Shown here in pieces: positions 1 through 8,423 of a stretch of DNA of 64,000 bases (positions within the stretch are counted from its first letter, which is position 1; every line of letters starts with the position of its first letter). The notes under the pieces are model-generated. The model was not told where the DNA came from. It saw only the letters and a program-made list of their open reading frames with translations, and did not search any database. The translations under genes and the position numbers were made by a program. Source of the stretch: Minisyncoccia bacterium (GTDB taxonomy: Bacteria > Patescibacteriota > Minisyncoccia > 2-02-FULL-40-12 > IGHO2-01-FULL-4-A); the NCBI GenBank assembly GCA_041499075.1, contig JBGQJN010000001.1, positions 10,388-74,387 on the forward strand. Direction: 5' to 3'.

Positions 1-445
1 TACCGAAATCACGTTTTGAAACCAGGTACTTCTGTATACGGTGCATAATCAAACGGCCAAGCGAGACAAAGATTATGGCAAAAAACCAGGCGCCCAGAAC
101 CAGAAATCTTGAATTGAAAAGAGTCTGCTGCAAAAAGATATAGATGATTACCACCATAATGCTGGCAGAAGAAGCAACGATAACTTTGAAAAATTCCTCC
201 AGAGTTTTACGCGTACTAGACAAGCTATAGAGCCCGGAAATGGCGTAACAAATTATGAAAATCAGCGACATAGTCAAGATCAAAATAAAGTATTTTTCCA
301 AGGGCAGGTTAAACTGAAAAAGTACTGGCCGAAATGAAGACAAAATCTGTGTCCTCAAAAAGTATGTCGTAAGCCCGGCCAGTATAAGCATGATAAAATC
401 AACCGGTAGAAGCAGGGCGCTGAATGTAAGTTCGGCTTTCTTCAT
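1..445 (-). CDS. N-terminal part (gene continues beyond window start) of a polyprenyl glycosylphosphotransferase / bacterial sugar transferase-like membrane protein
   Basis: Minus-strand ATG at 445 reads MKKAELTFSALLLPVDFIMLILAGLTTYFLR, then hydrophobic segments. This pattern is typical of the N-terminal membrane domain of the WbaP/EPS sugar-transferase family. It is not in the ORF track because no stop falls within the window. Confidence 0.4.
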   Translation of the reverse strand, partial: MKKAELTFSALLLPVDFIMLILAGLTTYFLRTQILSSFRPVLFQFNLPLEKYFILILTMSLIFIICYAISGLYSLSSTRKTLEEFFKVIVASSASIMVVIIYIFLQQTLFNSRFLVLGAWFFAIIFVSLGRLIMHRIQKYLVSKRDFG

Positions 446-490
446 GGTGTTAAATCTATTATAAAAAGAGTGAATTTTCAATGACCACTC

Positions 491-516
491 AAAAACCGGC
501 CGTATGGCCGGTTTTT
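491..516 (-). terminator. Rho-independent terminator downstream of rnpB (hairpin CCGGCCAUACGGCCGG plus U-run on minus strand; symmetric)
   Basis: aaaaaccggccgtatggccggttttt is a perfect 6-bp GC stem flanked by A-run and T-run. Confidence 0.6.
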
Positions 517-520
517 GAGT

Positions 521-1031
521 GCTTGGTAAATCTATAAGCCGAATTCTGTTTTTGTGTGATTATTTATCTGGGACCGGTATTGCTACCGACCTCTAGCGTA
601 CTAACTTTTCGAGGCACCACATTACTGCGATGCAACGCTGTACTTGCACCAGGCAGGGTTTAGCGCGACATCCGCCTTGCGGCGGAGCGATCCCGTTCGG
701 GAACTTTTCACCCGCAGTCCACGGCTTGCGCCGTGGAGCTCGGAATAGTCTCTGTGCCACTTTCCCTAGATTTTCCCAGCTCCACTTTTTCTTATTTACA
801 ATATAAGTAAAATTGTAGTTCTAGATTGTACTACTATCTTACCTTTCTAGAAAACTCGAAAAGTGGGGCTGGGTTATATCCGGCGGCCGTTAACCGCTGC
901 CTTTGGCTTCACTAGTGCTACGCACCGCGTCAGTAAACTTAAGCAGTGCTTGCACTGCGTAGCTTTAGCGGAGCAGTGTTCAGACTTTCCTCCCCGACAT
1001 AATGTGGGGGCAATCACCCGATTTACCAAGC
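521..1031 (-). ncRNA. rnpB: RNase P RNA (bacterial ribozyme), unusually long (~510 nt) with an AU-rich internal insertion
   Basis: The minus strand reads GGGGAGGAAAGUCUGAAC near the 5' end, matching the conserved P4 5' strand GGAAAGUCCGGGC. Near the 3' end it reads ACAGAAUUCGGCUUAUAG, matching the conserved ACAGAAnnCGGCUUA; P4 pairing CUGAA/UUCGG is preserved. A GCGCUAAACCC motif resembles CGGUAAAC. The P1 stem pairs GAUUUACCAAGC at 1020-1031 with 521-532. The region is about 600 nt of non-coding, highly structured sequence. Confidence 0.65.
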
Positions 1032-1063
1032 TATTTTAATTATACCAAAAATCAAAAAACGAG

Positions 1064-1498
1064 TCAAAGTAATCTGTTTAGCTCCTTATCCAGCGCCGCA
1101 TTCACGAGACGGTCGGCACCGCGATTTTTTTCGCGAGGTATGTGCTTAAAAAATACATCACCAAAGTCAACCTTGAGATTCCAGAGCTCCAAAAAATGCT
1201 TTTGTATAGTCTTATCCATAATCTTGTAATGACCGTTGAGCTGACGTTCAATCAATTCGCTGTCCAGATGGACTTCTACTGATGCTCGGCCGACAGCTTC
1301 TTTGCCTGCCAATTGTTTGAGTTTTTTCAAGGCAAAAATCACCGCTTGGTATTCGGCATCATTATTGGTGGTTTCCCCGATGTACTCGCTGTATTCCTTC
1401 TTCAGCGATTTGTCGGCTGCTTCTATTACCACGCCGATCGCCGCCGGTCCGGGGTTCCCACGCGATCCCCCATCTGTATGAATTATGTATTTAGTCAT
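1064..1498 (-). CDS. rnhA: Ribonuclease HI
   Basis: N-terminus IHTDGGSRGNPGPAAIGVV is the RNase H type-1 signature; 144 aa. Confidence 0.8.
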   Translation of the reverse strand: MTKYIIHTDGGSRGNPGPAAIGVVIEAADKSLKKEYSEYIGETTNNDAEYQAVIFALKKLKQLAGKEAVGRASVEVHLDSELIERQLNGHYKIMDKTIQKHFLELWNLKVDFGDVFFKHIPREKNRGADRLVNAALDKELNRLL

Positions 1499-2621
1499 AG
1501 TAATTTAGAGCTTCCAACCCGGGTAGTTTGTTGCCGGCAAGGAATTCCAGCATTGCACCGCCGCCGGTTGAGACAAAGCTCATTTTATCCAAAAGCCCGA
1601 GTTTGCCCACAGCGGATATGGTATCACCGCCGCCGATGATAGACACTGCCGCCGAAGCTACGGCAACACTGACGGCGTTAGTGCCTGCGGCAAACTCTTC
1701 TACCTCCGACAAGCCCATCGGCCCGTTCCAAACTACCATAGATGATCCGGCAATAATTTCCGCAAATTTCTTGGCCGTTTCCGGTCCAATATCAACTATC
1801 AAAAACTCCGGCTCAATGTCTTTAACCGCAGAAACTTCCGTACCAGATTTACCAGTTTTGTCATCAGAAATTAAAATATCTTCCGACAATAATATTTTAT
1901 CACTTTTTACGTCCAGTGAAACCGTATCGTCCACAACCGAATAGCCTACGTTGACGCCGTTTGCCTTGAAAAAATTATTCGCTATGGCACCGCCTATCAA
2001 AATTCGCTCCGCTTTGTCCAAAAAATTCTTAATAACCGGCAGTTTAGTTGAGATCTTGGCTCCGCCCATGACCAACACCTTGCCGGCAGAAGGCGCTTCA
2101 ATTGCTTTGGATAGACTCTCCGTTTCTTTTCTTATTAAAAATCCAGCATATGACGGTAAATGCTTAATAATGGCCGCTACCGAGGCGTGGTTACGGTGGC
2201 AAACCGCGAAAGCATCATTGACATAATAGTCAAAACCTGCCGCCAACTCTGCCGCGAATCCATCATCGTTTTTCTCCTCGCGCGGGTCTTGGCGAATATT
2301 ATCAAGGAGTAGTAGCGGACCCACCCCGAATAGTTTATCAACCGCGCCCAGTTCAGAGTGAGGTACCAAGGTAAGGGTATGATTCAGTATCTCGCCCAAT
2401 TCCTCCACTATCGGGCCAAAAGTATCGCCAATATCAATATGGCTAATCAAAAGCATTTTGGCACCGTTCCCCAATAGATAATCTATCGTCTCTTTGTTGG
2501 CTTTAACTTTGAAACTATCGACAATTTTGCCATCCTCCACCGGCACATTAAAATCCACCCGCAGTAAAACTTTTTTGCCGGCCAAATCTTCTTTTTTTAG
2601 CTCTTCTACAAATTTAATCAT
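1491..2621 (-). CDS. pgk: Phosphoglycerate kinase
   Basis: 376 aa with KVLLRVDFNVP and the PGK fold motifs throughout. Confidence 0.9.
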   Translation of the reverse strand: MIKFVEELKKEDLAGKKVLLRVDFNVPVEDGKIVDSFKVKANKETIDYLLGNGAKMLLISHIDIGDTFGPIVEELGEILNHTLTLVPHSELGAVDKLFGVGPLLLLDNIRQDPREEKNDDGFAAELAAGFDYYVNDAFAVCHRNHASVAAIIKHLPSYAGFLIRKETESLSKAIEAPSAGKVLVMGGAKISTKLPVIKNFLDKAERILIGGAIANNFFKANGVNVGYSVVDDTVSLDVKSDKILLSEDILISDDKTGKSGTEVSAVKDIEPEFLIVDIGPETAKKFAEIIAGSSMVVWNGPMGLSEVEEFAAGTNAVSVAVASAAVSIIGGGDTISAVGKLGLLDKMSFVSTGGGAMLEFLAGNKLPGLEALNYYD

Positions 2622-2628
2622 TAATTAA

Positions 2629-3627
2629 TTATACCAAATTTTCGTCTATGGTTTCCAATACCTTTCGCTTAAGATTGTAGCCATTGCCATACTCAAGCAT
2701 GCCCAAGTAAGAATCGGCAACTTCTTTTTTAACACCACAAGAAATCTTTTTAAACATTCGTCTTCTAGTTGTAGTCCTCAAAACTCTGTGATCTGGAAAA
2801 TTGACCCAGCCGAGAAAATCTACACCGGAAGTTATTGTTCTAATTGAGATTTTGTCTTGATGTAATTTCAGATGAAGTTTTCTATCTAAGAACTCCCCTA
2901 TCCTAGATAGAGCCAACCGAAGCCAAACTTTATCTTTGGATAAAACAACAAAGTCGTCAGCATAACGGATATAATATTTGGCACCAAGTTCATGCTTAAT
3001 GAACTGGTCAAACTCATTCATATAAATATTTACAAAAAGCTGGGAGGTCAGATTGCCCAAGGGTAAACCCCTACCATAACCAGCCGAGAAGCTATCAATA
3101 ACTTGCGACAAAAGCAATAATACATCCTGATCGGAAACATATTGAGATAATATGTTTTTCAAAATGACGTGATTAATATTTTCAAAAAACTTTTTGATAT
3201 CACACTTGAGCGTCCAACAAGTTCGGGTGTTGTTACTACTGGCTTGGTAAGCAAAACTTCTGAAATGATTGATAGCTTTGTGCGTTCCCTTGTTTAATCT
3301 GCAGGAAAAAGAATCGGCCACAAAGACCCGATCAAAAAACGGATACAAAATTCTGTAGATAGCATGGTGAAGAAGACGATCTCGGACCGGCGCTTTGTGT
3401 ATATGCCTTGGTTTCGGATCAGAGATATTGAACGCTTGATATCCGCCGTGTTTATATGTATGATTGGCAAGATGCAATTGCAAACTTAATATATTATCCA
3501 TCAGGTTTAACTGAAAGTCCTGCACGTCACGCTTGTTTCGTTTACCTTTAACGAATTCTCGCCAAGCCTCTAGCAAATTATCAACACTAATTATATCCTC
3601 AAATTTATGAGCCAAAATAGTTTTCAT
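2629..3627 (-). CDS. Diversity-generating retroelement reverse transcriptase
   Basis: Contains LPLGNLTSQLFVNIY, where the DGR-specific SQ replaces QG in RT motif 4. Also has the YADDFVV catalytic motif and a DGR-RT-like N-terminus NLLEAWREFVKGKRNKRDV...PVRDRLLHHA. The start is placed at the internal MKTIL (3627); the 383-aa track ORF would overlap avd. Confidence 0.85.
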   Translation of the reverse strand: MKTILAHKFEDIISVDNLLEAWREFVKGKRNKRDVQDFQLNLMDNILSLQLHLANHTYKHGGYQAFNISDPKPRHIHKAPVRDRLLHHAIYRILYPFFDRVFVADSFSCRLNKGTHKAINHFRSFAYQASSNNTRTCWTLKCDIKKFFENINHVILKNILSQYVSDQDVLLLLSQVIDSFSAGYGRGLPLGNLTSQLFVNIYMNEFDQFIKHELGAKYYIRYADDFVVLSKDKVWLRLALSRIGEFLDRKLHLKLHQDKISIRTITSGVDFLGWVNFPDHRVLRTTTRRRMFKKISCGVKKEVADSYLGMLEYGNGYNLKRKVLETIDENLV

Positions 3628-3648
3628 TTCAATAATCCATCTTCTAAG

Positions 3649-3658
3649 CCCCCCCCCC
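3649..3658. repeat. C10/G10 homopolymeric tract in the divergent avd-RT intergenic region
   Basis: Ten consecutive C lie 9 nt upstream of the avd ATG and 21 nt upstream of the RT ATG (opposite strand). Confidence 0.9.
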
Positions 3659-3667
3659 AGGCCTTCA

Positions 3668-4009
3668 ATGTCCATTATCCAAAGATTTGTCGCGGCATAC
3701 AAGCTTTGGCAAGAGTACATCAGCCACTTTCCGAAAAAATCTCGATATACGCTTGGAGGCAAAATTGACTCTCTTTTCATAGATACCGCAGAACTGATGT
3801 TTACTGCAAGTTATCTCACAAAAGACAAGAAACTGCCATATATTCAAAAAGCGTTGGGCACTTTTGATTTATTAAAATTCTTTCTGCAAATAGCTTGGGA
3901 AATCGGATCAATGGATAACAAGAAATATGCTGCGTTATCTGAACCGCTTAGTGAAATAGGAAGAATGCTCGGAGCCTGGTACAAACAAACACAAACCCCG
4001 TCTAAATAG
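3668..4009 (+). CDS. avd: Avd-like accessory variability determinant (four-helix-bundle, 23S rRNA IVS-protein family)
   Basis: 113 aa with FPKKSRYTLGGKIDSLFIDTAELMF...LGTFDLLKFFLQIAWEIG, the pattern of the four-helix-bundle/Avd family. It lies between TR and RT on the opposite strand. Confidence 0.7.
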   Translation: MSIIQRFVAAYKLWQEYISHFPKKSRYTLGGKIDSLFIDTAELMFTASYLTKDKKLPYIQKALGTFDLLKFFLQIAWEIGSMDNKKYAALSEPLSEIGRMLGAWYKQTQTPSK

Positions 4010-4036
4010 GCGGGTTTTGTAAAAATAACATTAGTT

Positions 4037-4168
4037 TCGGACAGCAGCGAAGCGGCAGTTGTCATTCCACCTGTTGTCGTTCCAGTTCAGGTTCAGCTTG
4101 CGCTTCGAGCCGTTCCTGTTGAGGTAAGGCACGTTGCGGTTGTCGTTGCTATTCTGCCACACGGAGCC
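4037..4168 (-). repeat. DGR template repeat (TR)
   Basis: 132 bp, near-identical to 4516-4649 apart from 25 positions. Every one of those is A on the minus strand of TR and G or T in VR. The TR sense strand is rich in AAC codons. Confidence 0.85.
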
Positions 4169-4423
4169 GTGTACAAGATATCATCTTTACCACTGCCCCT
4201 TGAATACTCTCAGGGCTGTATCGTATTTGGGATCTATAATCCTCCAATACCTTGTACCAAGTATTGTTATTTTAAGAGAAACTAGCGAGGCACGCTGAGA
4301 GAAGCCGTAACCGCCCCCATTCTGTCCTGCATAGCTCTAGAATTCGGCCACCGGAAGCCTTAACCGCCGGCAGATTCGCCTAATATCCAGATATATTAGA
4401 ACATATATTTTTATAAAAATGAA

Positions 4424-4458
4424 GAACTCCCGCTCGCGGAAACCGCGAACGGGAGTTA
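4424..4458 (-). promoter_or_regulatory. GC-rich hairpin immediately downstream of VR / target-gene stop (possible DGR homing-associated hairpin or terminator)
   Basis: actcccgctcgcggaaaccgcgaacgggagt is a 13-bp stem, followed on the minus strand by a U-rich run. Confidence 0.5.
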
Positions 4459-4511
4459 GGAGACCAGGGGTCCAGGGATCAACGGACCCAGAACTCCAGG
4501 AATCAGGGAAC

Positions 4512-5120
4512 CTACTTGCGGACAGCAGCGAAGCGGCAGCCGCCACTCCACCCGCCGTCGCTCCAGCCCAGGAACAGCCCGCGCTCCGAGCCGCCCCCGA
4601 TGAGGCAAGGCACGCTGCGGAAGCCGCTGCTATCCTGCCACACGGAGCCAAGAGCGAAGATTGGGAACTCGCGCTGCTTTTCCGGGTAGGTGACACCGAA
4701 GGCCAGTAGCTCAAGGAGAATCGCCGGACGCATGCCCTTTGACTCGAGGTCTTTGAGCACGTCGTCAGTCGACATATTCCGCCCATAGTGAACGAGCTCG
4801 ATGACGACATCCTGCTGGCCGCTGCCTTGGATCGGGAAGTGGTCGGCGTTGATGTCCTCATTCGCCCAGTCGTACTTGCCGGCCACGATCATCTCCTTGA
4901 GGGACTGGCCGTAGTTGACGACGACCTTGTAGCAGTTCTCGGCCACTCCGACCGCCGCGTCGATCAGCTTCAGAACGAACTCGTCGGTCAGCCGCTTGAT
5001 TGTGTCTTCGGACAGGCCGAGGATCGCTTCCTCCGCCTGGCGCAGCTTGACCGCGCCGATGATCCGAGTGGTGATGGTTGATACGAACCCGAACGCCGAA
5101 CCGATCGCTGACTTTGCCAT
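4512..5120 (-). CDS. DGR target protein (202 aa; C-terminal variable region, likely C-type-lectin-fold ligand-binding domain)
   Basis: C-terminus ...WQDSSGFRSVPCLIGGGSERGLFLGWSDGGWSGGCRFAAVRK is encoded by VR. GC content (~60%+) is well above the surrounding ~45%. Confidence 0.7.
   Translation of the reverse strand: MAKSAIGSAFGFVSTITTRIIGAVKLRQAEEAILGLSEDTIKRLTDEFVLKLIDAAVGVAENCYKVVVNYGQSLKEMIVAGKYDWANEDINADHFPIQGSGQQDVVIELVHYGRNMSTDDVLKDLESKGMRPAILLELLAFGVTYPEKQREFPIFALGSVWQDSSGFRSVPCLIGGGSERGLFLGWSDGGWSGGCRFAAVRK
4516..4649 (-). repeat. DGR variable repeat (VR) at 3' end of target gene
   Basis: See the TR entry. VR covers the last ~44 codons of the 4512..5120 ORF and runs to its stop codon. 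Confidence 0.85.
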
Positions 5121-5321
5121 GATCTTTCTCCTTTGTTTGGCTTACCCCTCACCCCATGGATTGCAGGGCCCCAGGCTTGCCGTTTTGGGTACAGCTTACA
5201 GAGCTCAATAAAATAAGCATCTAGAAGCTATACCCAGCCGTAATAAGTAGCCATTTAAAAGTACTATTTTGATAGTTCAATTATAGCAAAATTTAATGAT
5301 AAAGTCAAGCTAGACAAAATA

Positions 5322-6068
5322 CTATCCTAATGTAGCGGCTATTTTCGAAATCTCCGCAAATTCTTGTTTGTGCAAACTGGCACCGCCGATGACGGCGCCG
5401 GATATTTCTGGGTACTTGAGGAAATCAGCTACATTTTTTTCATTAACAGAGCCACCGTACAAACAGCCTGTGGCCGAGAGCTTATAGCTGATAGCTAAAA
5501 AATCTTTAATGATTTTAATGGCCCCAAGCGTATTTTCGGGAGTATCGGGTTCAGCTCCCGGTGCAGTGCTTATCGCCCAAACCGGCTCGTAGGTAATGAG
5601 AATTTTAGAAACTTCGCCGGCATTTAAGCCATTCAAATCAGCAGTTATCTGGTCTTCTAAAATCTTTTTTCTGTCGTCTCCTCTGTTTCGTTCGCCAACA
5701 AGCAAAACCGGGGTTATGCCGGCAGCCAACGCCGCTTTGATTTTTTTATTTATCACCTCGTCGGTTTCGCCTATTTTGTAACGCCTGTCCGAATGACCAA
5801 CCAAGACATGGGTTACGCCAAAATTCTTTAGCATATCCGGAGAAATCTCGCCAGTATAAGGCCCGGACCCCTCCCAAAATATATCTTGGGCGCCAAGATG
5901 TTCTCTGTCTATCTTAGACAGTTCTTCAATAAAAATCACCGGCGGACAGATCACGCTCGTTATACTGGCATATTCGCCGGCAGACTTAACTTCGGCGGCA
6001 AAAAGATCCTGTGCTTCATCTAGCTTAGCCGGGTTCATTTTCCAGTTTGCAATGATAATTTTTGTCAT
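5322..6068 (-). CDS. tpiA: Triosephosphate isomerase
   Basis: IIANWKMN, VGHSDRR and GE motifs of TIM. The start is probably the internal MTKII. Confidence 0.9.
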   Translation of the reverse strand: MTKIIIANWKMNPAKLDEAQDLFAAEVKSAGEYASITSVICPPVIFIEELSKIDREHLGAQDIFWEGSGPYTGEISPDMLKNFGVTHVLVGHSDRRYKIGETDEVINKKIKAALAAGITPVLLVGERNRGDDRKKILEDQITADLNGLNAGEVSKILITYEPVWAISTAPGAEPDTPENTLGAIKIIKDFLAISYKLSATGCLYGGSVNEKNVADFLKYPEISGAVIGGASLHKQEFAEISKIAATLG

Positions 6069-6676
6069 TTCTTTTTTTTGATATGTTTCCAAACAAACCA
6101 GATCAAGCCAACAATAATTACCGCCCCGATCACAAGTTCAAATTTCTGAAAATACGGCCTCAAAACATCCCAGTGATTACCCGTAACATAGCCAATGTAA
6201 ACCAGCGGCAGATTCCAAACTAATGACCCAAGTAGAGTGTACCAAACAAATCTTTTAAAATTAATACGGCTAACACCAATAATCAAAGAACTGAAAGTCC
6301 TGACACCCGGTAAAAGTCTTGAAAAGAAGGCAATCTTCGCTTCATAACGACCTGACCAGCTTTCAAGCTTTCTGACATCGGATTGATTTATCAAAAAGTA
6401 TTTACCGTAACGATCGACTAGCGGCCGTCCACCTAAGAATCCAACGGTATAGATCGCCACCGCTCCGGCAATATTTGCCGCCGTTGCGATCAGTACGATT
6501 AGCCACAGATTAAGTTTGCCGCTTGAAGCTAGGAAACCGCTAAAAGGCAAAACTACCTCTGACGGAATCGGTATGGCGGCGCTTTCAAGCATCATTGTAA
6601 AAAAAATACCGCCATAACCGAACTTGGCAATCAGAGCTAGGGCCCAAGCTACTATTTTTTCTATAATTGGACTCAT
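6065..6676 (-). CDS. DedA/TVP38 family membrane protein
   Basis: 203 aa, multi-transmembrane, with the conserved DedA region FFSRLLPGVRTFSSLIIGVS. Confidence 0.7.
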   Translation of the reverse strand: MSPIIEKIVAWALALIAKFGYGGIFFTMMLESAAIPIPSEVVLPFSGFLASSGKLNLWLIVLIATAANIAGAVAIYTVGFLGGRPLVDRYGKYFLINQSDVRKLESWSGRYEAKIAFFSRLLPGVRTFSSLIIGVSRINFKRFVWYTLLGSLVWNLPLVYIGYVTGNHWDVLRPYFQKFELVIGAVIIVGLIWFVWKHIKKKK

Positions 6677-6679
6677 TTT

Positions 6680-7681
6680 TTAAATATGCGTTTCTTTCAG
6701 TATTTTGGCCGACTCATCCGGGTCAACTACATTTACATCAATGCCACTGCCCAATTCAAAAGCGCCGATCATTGAAACCTTTGGTATTATTTCTATATGC
6801 CAAGTGTAAAAATTATGAGCATCAATTTCTGTTGTATCGAGGGGCGCAGTGTGAATAAAAAAATTGTAATCGGGATTATTCAAACCGGCGTGCATATTTT
6901 TCAACACTATTTGCATAGCTTCGCCTAGATAAGTAAGCTGCTCTTCGGGCATCTTTTCAAAGTGGGCATGGCCTGTCTGCGGGAATATCCGGACTTCGTA
7001 GGGAGTTCTGGAAATAAAAGGACAAAAGGCGATAAAATATTCATTCTCATAAAGTATTCTTTTCTTTTCTTCTTTCTCCCAGTCAATCATGACGTCATAA
7101 ATCCGTTTTTTATTTTTTTTATAGAACTCAGCCGAACCGTTAATGCTCCTTTTGACATCCGGCGGCAGAACCGGAATGGAAATAATTTGGGAATGCGGGT
7201 GCTCGATGCTTGCTCCAGCTTGAGGTCCGTTGTTGTGGAAAATTAAAGTATATTTGCGAGAGCTGTGATCCAGCATGTCGAGATACCTGTCCTGGTAAAT
7301 CTTGAAAACTCTGGCCAATTCTTCTTTTGAAAATTGCCATAATTGCTTATCGTGATCCCTGAAAATCACTATCTCGTGCCGGCCAACGCCGTTTTCAACA
7401 TTGAATGGGCCGGCCTTTTTGATCTGGGCAATTTCACCTTCTAAAACGGCTGGGAATTTATTTTTGGTAACTTTGGCCGACCAGTCTGACTTATCATCAT
7501 TCCAGTAGGTCGCCAAAACCACGTTGCCGTATTTCTCCGGATCTTCAAAAGGGCACTTGTCCTTGGATAGCGCTTCAACCTCGGGCTTTTCTTTTTTGAT
7601 AGTGTCCGGCCTCTTAGCTCTGCCGGTCGCAAACAATACCCATTCGCCGGAAACCAGATCTTCACGAAATTCGTTTAACAT
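6680..7681 (-). CDS. Galactose-1-phosphate uridylyltransferase-like (HIT superfamily, GalT class I)
   Basis: SGEWVLFATGRAKRP plus the HPHSQI (HxHxQ) active-site motif. Confidence 0.6.
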   Translation of the reverse strand: MLNEFREDLVSGEWVLFATGRAKRPDTIKKEKPEVEALSKDKCPFEDPEKYGNVVLATYWNDDKSDWSAKVTKNKFPAVLEGEIAQIKKAGPFNVENGVGRHEIVIFRDHDKQLWQFSKEELARVFKIYQDRYLDMLDHSSRKYTLIFHNNGPQAGASIEHPHSQIISIPVLPPDVKRSINGSAEFYKKNKKRIYDVMIDWEKEEKKRILYENEYFIAFCPFISRTPYEVRIFPQTGHAHFEKMPEEQLTYLGEAMQIVLKNMHAGLNNPDYNFFIHTAPLDTTEIDAHNFYTWHIEIIPKVSMIGAFELGSGIDVNVVDPDESAKILKETHI

Positions 7682-7688
7682 AGTTTAG

Positions 7689-8408
7689 TTATTTGTACTT
7701 ATTAGTCCACAAGTTCCATCTGATCCGCAAAACCTCCAGTAACATCCTGACCTTGCTCTTAAGCCCGCTGAACCTGCTGTCCAGATCATTAACCCATATG
7801 ATCGGTACCTCCTTGATCTTAAAATTCATTTTACGGGCAATCGCCAGTATCTCTACGTCAAAAGATCCTCCAAATATTGTCTGCTTCGGAAAAATAGCTG
7901 AAGCCGCTTTAGCCGAGAAAACCTTGAAGCCGGCTTGTGAGTCGGTTACACCAATCGGCACCAGAATATGGACTATGAAACGGAAAATGCTGCCTAGAAA
8001 ATCTCTCAGTAACGGCTGTTTGACGGCAATATCTGATCCGGCAATACGGCGAGAACCGATAACCATATCGTAGCCCTGATCGAAAAATGGCAAAAATCCC
8101 TCAACCTGATCCACGGTCGTAGAATTATCCGCGTCCATAAATAATCTGTAATCTCCGTGCGTCCCAAGCATACCCTGCTTCACCACCCAGCCCTTGCCGT
8201 GATTTTCTTTGTTATCAATCAGCTTGAGATTCTTTACTTGCGACGAGAGCCCCGAGACAACCGCCGCGGTATTGTCACGTGATCCATCATTGACAACGAC
8301 GATCTCGTACTCATACGTTTGCCTCGCCAAATACTCATGTACGCTCAAAAGCGTCTTGGTAATGCGTTTTTCCTCATTATAGGCCGGAATTATTACGGAA
8401 AAATACAT
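7689..8408 (-). CDS. Family 2 glycosyltransferase (dolichyl-phosphate mannosyltransferase-like)
   Basis: N-terminus VIIPAYNEE...VVVNDGSRDNT (GT2 DxD region). Confidence 0.75.
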   Translation of the reverse strand: MYFSVIIPAYNEEKRITKTLLSVHEYLARQTYEYEIVVVNDGSRDNTAAVVSGLSSQVKNLKLIDNKENHGKGWVVKQGMLGTHGDYRLFMDADNSTTVDQVEGFLPFFDQGYDMVIGSRRIAGSDIAVKQPLLRDFLGSIFRFIVHILVPIGVTDSQAGFKVFSAKAASAIFPKQTIFGGSFDVEILAIARKMNFKIKEVPIIWVNDLDSRFSGLKSKVRMLLEVLRIRWNLWTNKYK

Positions 8409-8423
8409 AAGACAATATTATCA

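Noticed and set aside
446-1063. tmRNA (ssrA) as the identity of the structured non-coding region
   Set aside because: No tRNA-like 3' end (GGUUCGAnUCC...CCA) or tag reading frame was found, whereas RNase P P4 and the ACAGAAnnCGGCUUA motif are present.
2629-3780. Full 383-aa track ORF as the RT
   Set aside because: The first 51 codons overlap the Avd-like gene on the opposite strand and lack RT homology. The internal Met at 3627 begins the canonical DGR-RT N-terminus.
4337-4861. ORFs 4337..4861(-) and 4419..4709(+) in the VR region
   Set aside because: They are Ala/Ser/Arg-rich alternative-frame artefacts of the GC-rich target gene. The 4512..5120 frame is the one whose end coincides with VR and shows DGR-type codon design.
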